Shown piece after piece: positions 1-8,861 of a stretch of DNA of 32,000 bases. Position 1 is the first letter of the stretch. Every line of letters begins with the position of its first letter. Under the pieces are notes generated by a model. It did no database searches and was not told the origin of the DNA. It saw only the letters and a list, made by a program, of their open reading frames with translations. The DNA is taken from assembly GCA_000043285.1 (NCBI GenBank), contig BX248583.1, forward strand, positions 240,001-272,000. The letters are read 5' to 3'. This stretch comes from Candidatus Blochmanniella floridana (lineage in GTDB: Bacteria; Pseudomonadota; Gammaproteobacteria; Enterobacterales; Enterobacteriaceae). The translations under genes and the position numbers were made by a program.

Positions 1-144
1 TTCCATTCGATTATTGGTAGTGATATGATATCCTGCGCTAAATTCTTTTTTGTATTGTCTATAACGCAATATACCTGCACAACCCCCTGGGCCAGGATTA
101 CCTAGACATGATCCATCAGTAAAAATTTCTATTTGTTTGTACAT
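1..144 (-). CDS. rnhA: Ribonuclease HI, N-terminal 48 codons (gene runs off the left edge)
   Basis: The reverse complement of 1-144 translates to [48 protein letters not shown]. This is collinear with the E. coli RNase HI N-terminus ([28 protein letters not shown]...TTNNRME). It is divergent from dnaQ, as in E. coli. Confidence 0.93.
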   Translation of the reverse strand, partial: MYKQIEIFTDGSCLGNPGPGGCAGILRYRQYKKEFSAGYHITTNNRME

Positions 145-200
145 ATTAAGTGTATTATAGTGTAATTACAATAAATAGGTGTGATATAAAAATACAGAAT

Positions 201-977
201 ATGAATATTAATTCTAATCGATATGTTGTTTTAGATACTGAAACTACTGGTATGAATAAATTTGGAGTACATTATGAAGGTCATAGGATTATTGAAATTG
301 GAGCAGTGGAAATAATAAATCGGCGTTTAACAAATAACCAGTTTCATGTTTATCTTAATCCTAATAGATCTGTTGATTCTGAAGCTTTTGCAATACATGG
401 TATTAGTGATCAATTTTTAGTAGATCAACCATGTTTTTTAGATATTGCAAATGATTTTTTACAATTTATTAGAGGTAGTACTTTAGTTATACATAATGCA
501 TCATTTGATTTAGGATTTTTAAATTTTGAATTACATAATATTTATTTAAATTCTAGAACAGTAGAATCATATTGTACTGTTATAGATAGTCTCAAGCTTG
601 CTCGTAAAATATTTCCAGGTCAGCGTAATAGTTTGGATGCTTTATGTGAGCGTTATTGTATTAAAAATAGTAAACGTATTTTACATAATGCATTAATTGA
701 TGCTCAGCTTTTAGCTTATGTATTTTTAGTTATGACAGGAGGCCAAACTAGAATACAATTTATGGATATGTTAGATAATAGTGATACAAATATACTGAAT
801 AATACTATAACGCATGATAATAAGTTTGAATTATGCTTGAATAATAGTGTGTGTACAGAAAAGAAATCGTTGAAAATTCTTTATGCTACTTCGATAGAAA
901 AATTAGAACATGAAAAATATTTAGATTTTGTAATGAAAGCGTCTAATAATCAGTGTTTGTGGAGGAAGTGTAAATAA
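201..977 (+). CDS. dnaQ: DNA polymerase III epsilon subunit (3'-5' proofreading exonuclease)
   Basis: The track ORF 150-977 opens on GTG. The first ATG at 201 gives MNINSNRYVVLDTETTGM..., collinear with E. coli DnaQ. Exo motifs are present: DTETTG, HNASFDLGF, HNALIDAQLL. Stop is TAA at 975-977. Confidence 0.93.
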   Translation: MNINSNRYVVLDTETTGMNKFGVHYEGHRIIEIGAVEIINRRLTNNQFHVYLNPNRSVDSEAFAIHGISDQFLVDQPCFLDIANDFLQFIRGSTLVIHNASFDLGFLNFELHNIYLNSRTVESYCTVIDSLKLARKIFPGQRNSLDALCERYCIKNSKRILHNALIDAQLLAYVFLVMTGGQTRIQFMDMLDNSDTNILNNTITHDNKFELCLNNSVCTEKKSLKILYATSIEKLEHEKYLDFVMKASNNQCLWRKCK

Positions 978-978
978 T

Positions 979-1017
979 TGACTATAATTTATATATTAAA
1001 TATATAAATTATAGTCA
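979..1017 (+). terminator. Perfect 17-bp (18 with the closing t:a pair) inverted repeat 2 nt after the dnaQ stop; candidate intrinsic terminator
   Basis: tgactataatttatata (979-995) is the exact reverse complement of tatataaattatagtca (1001-1017). No clear U-tract follows. Confidence 0.45.
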
Positions 1018-1131
1018 TTCAAGACGTATATTGTTCTGTTTTCTTTAATAAACTAAATAGATATGATATATTTCGTTGTTTTTCAATAATAAAGAGATTA
1101 TTATTGATTTGATTGTTTTTAGGAGAATATT

Positions 1132-1713
1132 ATGTATTCTAATATAATTTATAATGAGTTTGATAAAATCATAAAAATTATGCAAACGTTTATAAAAACT
1201 GAAAATTATGTAAATAAAATACAATCTGCTGCGAAATTAATTTCTAATGCTTTTAAGGCAGAAGGTAAGGTGTTGTCTTGTGGTAATGGAGGATCACACT
1301 GTAATGCAATGCATTTTGCAGAGGAATTGACTGGTCGGTATAGAGCAAATAGACCAGGGTATCCAGCTATTGTTATATCTGATCCATCTTATTTATCTTG
1401 CGTGAGTAATGATTTTGGTTATGAAAATATTTTTGCACGTTTTATAGAATCTGTAGGAAAATCAACAGATATATTGTTTGCTATTTCTAGCTCTGGAAAA
1501 TCTAAAAATATTTTAAAAGCTATTACATCTGCTTACAATATAGGGATGAAGGTGATTTTTTTAACAGGAGATGGTAGTTGTAAACAAATTTCTAATTATG
1601 TTAATGTAGAAATTTGTATTCCATATGCAGAATATTTAGATTATGTTCAAGAAATTCATATTAAAATTATTCACACGATAATTTTAATTGTAGAAAAAGA
1701 AATGTTAATTTAA
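1132..1713 (+). CDS. gmhA: Phosphoheptose (sedoheptulose-7-phosphate) isomerase, LPS core heptose pathway
   Basis: 193 aa, collinear with E. coli GmhA (KVLSCGNGGSHCNAMHFAEELTGRYRANRPGYPAI, QEIHIKIIH). An AGGAG Shine-Dalgarno lies 6 nt upstream of the ATG. Confidence 0.95.
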   Translation: MYSNIIYNEFDKIIKIMQTFIKTENYVNKIQSAAKLISNAFKAEGKVLSCGNGGSHCNAMHFAEELTGRYRANRPGYPAIVISDPSYLSCVSNDFGYENIFARFIESVGKSTDILFAISSSGKSKNILKAITSAYNIGMKVIFLTGDGSCKQISNYVNVEICIPYAEYLDYVQEIHIKIIHTIILIVEKEMLI

Positions 1714-1864
1714 GTGCATATGGTATGTTGAAATTGAATAAAAATTATTAAGTGATTATAGTTTATATTAGTGAGTTTTGTAGTTATTATATGGCTGTGT
1801 ATGTTATATAAAACAGTGTGTGAATTGAGATCTATACCGTTGCATAGTTGATTAGATTAAACGC

Positions 1865-1937
1865 GCCGATATAGCTTAATTGGTAGAGCAATGCATTCGT
1901 AATGCAAAGGTTGTAGGTTCGAATCCTATTGTCGGCA
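1865..1937 (+). tRNA. thrW: tRNA-Thr, anticodon CGU
   Basis: Hand-folded cloverleaf:
- acceptor GCCGATA/TGTCGGC
- D arm GCTT-AATTGGTA-GAGC
- anticodon arm ATGCA-TTCGTAA-TGCAA (anticodon CGT)
- variable loop AGGTT
- T arm GTAGG-TTCGAAT-CCTAT
- discriminator A
It closely resembles E. coli tRNA-Thr(CGU) as I recall it. CCA is not encoded. Confidence 0.9.
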
Positions 1938-2009
1938 AGTGGATGAATGATTTACCTTTTGTTCAATATTTATATTGTGTGTAGAGTGTGTATTATGATT
2001 TTATAATGG

Positions 2010-2065
2010 GAATACTTGACTAACCACTTGTCTCATAATTGAGACAAGTGGTTAGTCAAGTATTC
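2010..2065. terminator. Perfect 25-bp (26 with the closing pair) inverted repeat between convergent tRNA-Thr and ahpC. The right arm is the ahpC 3' coding end and the stop codon is at the apex. Candidate bidirectional terminator.
   Basis: gaatacttgactaaccacttgtctc (2010-2034) is the exact reverse complement of 2041-2065, checked base by base. The loop is taat. The ahpC stop TGA is the complement of 2033-2035. Confidence 0.55.
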
Positions 2066-2632
2066 TTCTACACTATCTTGAGAAGCATGTAAACCTACTT
2101 TGTTTTGATCCCATTGAGCAGGGCATAGGAGTCCGTGGGTTTCGTTAAATAATAACGCATCTATCATACGAATCATTTCATCAAAATTTCTTCCAAAAGG
2201 CAAATCATTAACAACTTGATGTCGTATTATTCCTAATTTATCTATTAGAAAAGATGCTCTTAATGCTACTCCTTTGTCGGTATGTTCTATACCATAATCT
2301 TTAATAATTTCTCTTTTTATGTCGGATACCATAGGGTATTTTACAGATCCTATTCCTCCTTTATTGATTGGTATTTTTCTCCAAGCATTATGTACGAACA
2401 CAGAATCAATAGAAATTCCAATAATTTCAGTTTCTCTTTTTTGAAATTCAAAATAACGTTTATCGCATGCAATTAATTCTGATGGACAAACAAAAGTAAA
2501 ATCCATAGGCCAAAAAAAGATCATAGCCATTTTATTTTGTATATATTTGAATAAGTTAAAGTCATTAACTATTTCACCATTACCTAGTATTGTAGGAGCA
2601 GTAAAATCTGGAGCTCTATAACTAACTAACAT
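2033..2632 (-). CDS. ahpC: Typical 2-Cys peroxiredoxin (alkyl hydroperoxide reductase C, TsaA/Prx1-like type)
   Basis: 199 aa. Peroxidatic Cys lies in DFTFVCPSE and resolving Cys in HGLLCPAQW. It is collinear end to end with TsaA-type AhpC (about 198-200 aa) rather than the 187-aa E. coli AhpC. An AAGGA SD lies upstream. No ahpF is adjacent. Confidence 0.93.
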   Translation of the reverse strand: MLVSYRAPDFTAPTILGNGEIVNDFNLFKYIQNKMAMIFFWPMDFTFVCPSELIACDKRYFEFQKRETEIIGISIDSVFVHNAWRKIPINKGGIGSVKYPMVSDIKREIIKDYGIEHTDKGVALRASFLIDKLGIIRHQVVNDLPFGRNFDEMIRMIDALLFNETHGLLCPAQWDQNKVGLHASQDSVEEYLTNHLSQL

Positions 2633-2931
2633 AATATTATTCCTTAATGATATATGTGATATATTTATAATGTGTATTTACAATGATATTGTAAACAATT
2701 TTATTGTACTGATGAAATTAATTTTTTGCAAATAACTTGCGATTATTTAATATAAGTTAATTTATTAATATTATTATAGAGATAATTATCTTGTGTTGCT
2801 ATATCTTTAGATGCATAAATGTATAATATTTTTTATAAATGATATAGTTTTTGTAAAAAATGGTTAACTTTTATGAAGTATAAAATATAATATACGTTAT
2901 ATAGTCATGTAACTAGAATGTTTAATACCAG

Positions 2932-3993
2932 ATGCGAACATCAGATTTTAAATTTCAATTACCTAAGAAATTAATTTCCAGGTATCCTAATCTTAAGAGA
3001 AGTGAATGTAGATTGTTAGTATTCGATAGACTAACTACAAAGATAACACATCATTTTTTTTCGGATCTTCCAGAAATATTAAATCCAGGAGATTTATTAA
3101 TATTTAATGATACCCGAGTGATACCAGCAAGATTATATGGGTATTCTGTCACAGGAAAAAAAGTTGAAATTTTAATAGAACGAATATTAAATGATTATCA
3201 AGCTGTTGCTCATATATATTCTTCTGAATTAGTACAATTAGGTGAAAAATTTATATTAGGATCTAATTTAAATATATATATATATGTTATAAAAATATAT
3301 TATAGTTATAAATTGTTTAAAATTTATTTTGATAATATTAATTATAACAATGTATTAAGTTTATTGAATGATATTGGACATATTCCAATTCCACCGTACT
3401 TTCATAGGTTAGATGAAATTATAGATTATGAATTATATCAAACGGTTTATGGATCTAAGTTAGGATCAATTGCTGCTCCAACAGCGGGTTTACATTTTGA
3501 TACATTGTTAATAAATAGATTATTAAATTTAGGTATTGAAATAAGTTTTATTACGTTACATATAGGGTCTGCTACTTTTCAGCCAGTTAGGGTAACATTG
3601 ATTGAACATCATGTTATGCATGATGAGTATATAGAAGTGTCTCAAAGCACAATAGAATCTATTTTAAGATGTAAGGAACGAAAAAATCGTGTAATTGCGG
3701 TTGGAACAACGGTGGTTAAAGCATTAGAAACTGCAGCTATGAATACTAAAAGTTTATCTATTATCGAATCATTTTCTGGTTATTCTCGCATTTTTATTTT
3801 TCCTGGTTATCGTTTTAAGATTGTTGATTCTTTAATTACTAATTTTCATTTACCAGAATCAACATTAATAATGTTAGTAGCAGCATTTGCTGGGTATCGC
3901 AATATACTCAGAGTGTATAATGCAGCTATAGATCTGAATTATAAATTCCTTAGTTATGGAGATTCTATGTTTATTACATGTCGTTCAGAATGA
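2932..3993 (+). CDS. queA: S-adenosylmethionine:tRNA ribosyltransferase-isomerase (queuosine biosynthesis)
   Basis: 353 aa, collinear with E. coli QueA (FNDTRVIPARL, GHIPIPPYF, AAPTAGLHF, TNFHLPESTLIMLVAAFAG, SYGDSMFI). Confidence 0.95.
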   Translation: MRTSDFKFQLPKKLISRYPNLKRSECRLLVFDRLTTKITHHFFSDLPEILNPGDLLIFNDTRVIPARLYGYSVTGKKVEILIERILNDYQAVAHIYSSELVQLGEKFILGSNLNIYIYVIKIYYSYKLFKIYFDNINYNNVLSLLNDIGHIPIPPYFHRLDEIIDYELYQTVYGSKLGSIAAPTAGLHFDTLLINRLLNLGIEISFITLHIGSATFQPVRVTLIEHHVMHDEYIEVSQSTIESILRCKERKNRVIAVGTTVVKALETAAMNTKSLSIIESFSGYSRIFIFPGYRFKIVDSLITNFHLPESTLIMLVAAFAGYRNILRVYNAAIDLNYKFLSYGDSMFITCRSE

Positions 3994-4109
3994 TAGATTA
4001 TACAAAATAATATGTATTTAATAGGTAATGATAACGTTGTTTATTTTATGTCGTTTGTATTTACGGTACATAATATATCAAATAAATATTAATGAATTCG
4101 GATATATAG

Positions 4110-5258
<1,149 letters not shown>

Positions 5259-5300
5259 TAATTAATGTATATACACAGATATATATAGAGGAAGTATAAC

Positions 5301-5648
5301 ATGAATTGGTTGATTAATAAAGTTTGGGCAAATAATAATGCTGTTGATCAAGGTAGCCCTTATTCTTTAATTATAATGTTAATAATATTTATTATAGTTT
5401 TTTATTTTACAATTTTTAGACCTCAACAAAAACGTAGTAAGAATCATAAGGAATTGTTAGATTCTATTGTTAAAGGAGATGAAATAGTAACCACTGGAGG
5501 ATTGGTAGGACGTGTTCTTAGAGTAACAGAGTCAGGATATATTTTTATCATTTTAAACGAAAAAAATAATTATATTCATAATGAGGTATTAATTAAACGA
5601 GATTGTGTTACTGCTATTTTACCAAAAGGTACTATGAAATCTTTATAA
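5301..5648 (+). CDS. yajC: Preprotein translocase auxiliary subunit YajC
   Basis: 115 aa. It has a single TM segment followed by FRPQQKR and GDEIVTTGGLVGRV, and ends LPKGTMKSL as in E. coli YajC. A GAGGAAG SD lies upstream. Confidence 0.93.
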   Translation: MNWLINKVWANNNAVDQGSPYSLIIMLIIFIIVFYFTIFRPQQKRSKNHKELLDSIVKGDEIVTTGGLVGRVLRVTESGYIFIILNEKNNYIHNEVLIKRDCVTAILPKGTMKSL

Positions 5649-5652
5649 TTTT

Positions 5653-7527
5653 ATGAATTTCACACGAAAGATTTTAATAAATTCTTTTTCTATATGGAAA
5701 TATGTTGTAATATTTATAACATTAATGATGGGTTTTATATATGCCATTCCAAATTTATATAAAGAAGGTTTTGCAATATCTATTACACCTTATATATTCA
5801 ATAATCATAATTTAGATAATGTATTAGTATCTGATATTATAACAGGTTTAAAAAAAGAAGAAATATTTAGTAAATTTGTTGTATCTAACGTCAATAAAAT
5901 TCAAATATGTTTTTTTTCTGAATTGGATCAAATAAGAGCTTATCAAATATTGTATACTATTTATTCAGAAAGATATTTAGTATCTTGTACAAAAATTCCG
6001 GATATGCCATTATGGTTATTTTATATTCGAGCTAAACCTTTGAAATTAGGTTTGGATTTAAAAGGTGGGTTGTATTTATTGGTTCGAGTAGATATACAAA
6101 GCATGTTAAATAAAATTCAAATACAATACATGGATATTGTACAAGATAATTTAAATGAAAAGAATATTGTATATTTAAAGATATGTGCAATAAATTGTTC
6201 TGATATAGAAATTATTTTTAAAAATTCTGATGATAGAAATCAAGCAATATCATGCTTATCTAATTGTCATAATCATTTAATATTCAATACAATAAATGAT
6301 TGTAAGTTACGTATTTCGTTTTCTGAAAGTTATATAAATACAATGTATGAGTATGCGATGCAGCAAAATTCTAATATTATACGTTATCGGATTAATCAAC
6401 TGCAGATTTCTGATCCAGTAATTTATCGCTATGGTAAAGATTGTGTTATTATAGAAATACCGGGTATTCAAGATATTTCTGTAATTAAAACAGTATTAAA
6501 TAATACTGCAAGTCTTGAATTTCGTTTAGTCAATACTGAACTAAATCAATTTAAGATTAATAATAATTATATTCCAGAGGATTCTGAAATAAAATTAGAT
6601 GATAATGGTAATATAGTTCCTATATATAAAAAAGTGATTTTAACCGGAGATCATGTCATCAATGCTAATATGAGTTTTGATGAATATCATAGACCTCAAG
6701 TCAATATATCTTTAGATAGTTTTGGAAATACTATTATTTCAAAATTTACTAAAGATAATATTGGGAAAATAATGGCTACATTGTTTATAGAATATAAGGA
6801 TACTGGTAAAAAAGACGCTCAGGGGCATTCTATCATATATAGACGGGATAAGGTTATTAATGTCGCTACTATTCAATCTCAATTGAATCATAATTTTTGT
6901 ATTACTGGAATGAATAATCTGAATGAGGTTCGGCGTTTATCATCATTATTGAGAATGGGATCTTTAGTTACTCCTATTTATGTTGATGAAGAAAAAATAA
7001 TAGGACCTACTCTTGGTAAAAAGAATATTGCTCAAGGAATAATAGCATGTATTGTGGGAATGTTAATTTCAATATGTTTTATGATTGTATGGTATCGATA
7101 TTTTGGGTTAATTGCTGGGATTGCTCTTGTGACAAATTTTGTGCTTATAGTTAGTTTGTTGTCTGTAATACCTGGTATTACATTAACTATGTCTAGTATA
7201 GTAGGTGTTGTTTTAACTTTATCTGTAGCTATAGATGCAAATGTGTTAATTAATGAACGTGTTAAAGAGGAATTAAAACAAGGAAAGCCAGTGCAGTATT
7301 CAATATATATAGGATATCGTAAAGCTTGTACTAGTATTATTGATGCAAATATTACAACTATTATTACTGCTATAATATTATATATATTTAATACAGGTCC
7401 TATTCAAGGATTTGCTATTACTACTATTATAGGTGTAGGAACATCCATGTTTACATCTATAATAGGAACTCGTGCTTTGGTTAATTTAGTTTATGGTAAG
7501 AAGCGTACGAAATATTTATCTATTTAA
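5653..7527 (+). CDS. secD: Protein translocase subunit SecD
   Basis: 624 aa. The N-terminal TM (WKYVVIFITLMMGFIYAIPNLY) matches E. coli SecD. A large periplasmic domain is followed by a C-terminal 5-TM bundle. It starts 4 nt after yajC. Confidence 0.94.
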   Translation: MNFTRKILINSFSIWKYVVIFITLMMGFIYAIPNLYKEGFAISITPYIFNNHNLDNVLVSDIITGLKKEEIFSKFVVSNVNKIQICFFSELDQIRAYQILYTIYSERYLVSCTKIPDMPLWLFYIRAKPLKLGLDLKGGLYLLVRVDIQSMLNKIQIQYMDIVQDNLNEKNIVYLKICAINCSDIEIIFKNSDDRNQAISCLSNCHNHLIFNTINDCKLRISFSESYINTMYEYAMQQNSNIIRYRINQLQISDPVIYRYGKDCVIIEIPGIQDISVIKTVLNNTASLEFRLVNTELNQFKINNNYIPEDSEIKLDDNGNIVPIYKKVILTGDHVINANMSFDEYHRPQVNISLDSFGNTIISKFTKDNIGKIMATLFIEYKDTGKKDAQGHSIIYRRDKVINVATIQSQLNHNFCITGMNNLNEVRRLSSLLRMGSLVTPIYVDEEKIIGPTLGKKNIAQGIIACIVGMLISICFMIVWYRYFGLIAGIALVTNFVLIVSLLSVIPGITLTMSSIVGVVLTLSVAIDANVLINERVKEELKQGKPVQYSIYIGYRKACTSIIDANITTIITAIILYIFNTGPIQGFAITTIIGVGTSMFTSIIGTRALVNLVYGKKRTKYLSI

Positions 7528-7567
7528 TGTAATAATATAATTCAAATACTTTTGAGTAGAATGTATT

Positions 7568-8470
7568 ATGAATAATGTTAGTTTTAAAATTTATAATTTT
7601 GTTTCTCATGGTCGTATTATATTATTTTGTTCAATGTTTTTATGTATTTTATTATGTACGAGTATGATTATTAAGGGTTTTAATTGGGGAATAGATTTTA
7701 CTGGTGGTTTACTCATTGAAATAGAATCAGAACAAGATTTAGACATAGTTAAAATAAGAAAATATTTTGTTCAACTAGGTTATAATAACACAGTAGTACA
7801 GTGTTTTAATAATACAAAAAACATAATTGTACGTTTACCATTAGCTCATAATTTTGATAAATCAGATCAGAATATAAAGATAAAAATTTTGGATGTTTTT
7901 AGTAAAATAATTACTCATAAGTTTTATATACAACAAATGAATTGGATTAGTCCAAATTCTAGTGAAAATTTAATAAAAATATCGATAATATCTACTTTGG
8001 TTGCGTTGATATGTATTTTTTTGTATATTTTAGTAAGGTTTGAATTAAGATTATCAGTAAGTGTAATTATATCATTAGTACATGATATAATCATTATTCT
8101 TGGTATTTTGTCTATATTTACTGTTGAAATAAATTCTACAATTATTGCTGCTTTAATTTCAGTCATAGGGTATTCTTTAAATGATAAAATTGTTATTTTT
8201 GATCGTTTTCGTGAAAATTTCAATAATATGTTGCAACTATCTTCTTTCGAAATTATTAATATTTCATTAAGTCAAGTTCTAAATAGAACTATTATTACTT
8301 CAGTAACAACAATGATGGTATTGTTGGTATTGTTGGTTTTAGGAGGATCTATATTATATGAGTTTTCTATAACTTTGTTGCTTGGTGTAATTGTAGGAAC
8401 AATTTCGTCTATATACATAACTTCATTCTTGGTTTTTAAGTTAAAGATCTATCATAGATATTTGATATAA
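7568..8470 (+). CDS. secF: Protein translocase subunit SecF
   Basis: 300 aa, with GFNWGIDFTGG and VIGYSLNDKIVIFDRFRENF collinear with E. coli SecF. Confidence 0.94.
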   Translation: MNNVSFKIYNFVSHGRIILFCSMFLCILLCTSMIIKGFNWGIDFTGGLLIEIESEQDLDIVKIRKYFVQLGYNNTVVQCFNNTKNIIVRLPLAHNFDKSDQNIKIKILDVFSKIITHKFYIQQMNWISPNSSENLIKISIISTLVALICIFLYILVRFELRLSVSVIISLVHDIIIILGILSIFTVEINSTIIAALISVIGYSLNDKIVIFDRFRENFNNMLQLSSFEIINISLSQVLNRTIITSVTTMMVLLVLLVLGGSILYEFSITLLLGVIVGTISSIYITSFLVFKLKIYHRYLI

Positions 8471-8861
8471 TAGTCAAAAATGTTGAATATATTCGAATAT
8501 ATAATATGAATATTAATTGATTTTTATATAGAATATTTTAAGTATTACTATACATTTAGTTTCATATAATTAGGTGTGTTTTATTATATAATTTAATTTA
8601 AAATTATAAATTACGTTTATATTTTTGTAATTTTATATAATATAAAATTGAAGTTATATTTCTGTATCTATACATATATAGAAAATATATGTATGGCTAG
8701 TTATTTTTTAAAGTTGTTTAGTATATTTTAATAGTATCTTTGTATTTTTATTGATTTAATACTACAAATACAGTATCGTAAATGTGTATTGACTTATGTA
8801 CGCACGATTTGAGTTATGTGATTAATAAATGAGATTAATTGTATGATATGATTTATTTATT

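Noticed and set aside
150-200. GTG-initiated 5' extension of dnaQ (track ORF starts at 150: [17 protein letters not shown]...)
   Set aside because: The extension has no counterpart in DnaQ and would start only 6 nt from the divergent rnhA start. The ATG at 201 gives an N-terminus collinear with E. coli DnaQ.
2282-2476. 64-aa ORF on the + strand
   Set aside because: It lies wholly inside and antisense to ahpC. The peptide is low-complexity and Phe/Ile/Tyr/Asn-rich, typical of antisense frames in AT-rich genes.
2677-2695. Palindrome tttacaat-gat-attgtaaa in the ahpC/queA divergent promoter region; considered as an operator (Fur- or OxyR-like)
   Set aside because: It matches the 19-bp Fur box consensus at only about 2 of the first 9 positions. 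An 8-bp A/T-rich inverted repeat is expected by chance several times in this window. No regulator can be inferred.
7924-8223. 99-aa ORF on the - strand
   Set aside because: It lies wholly inside and antisense to secF, has no recognisable motifs, and has AT-rich antisense-frame composition.
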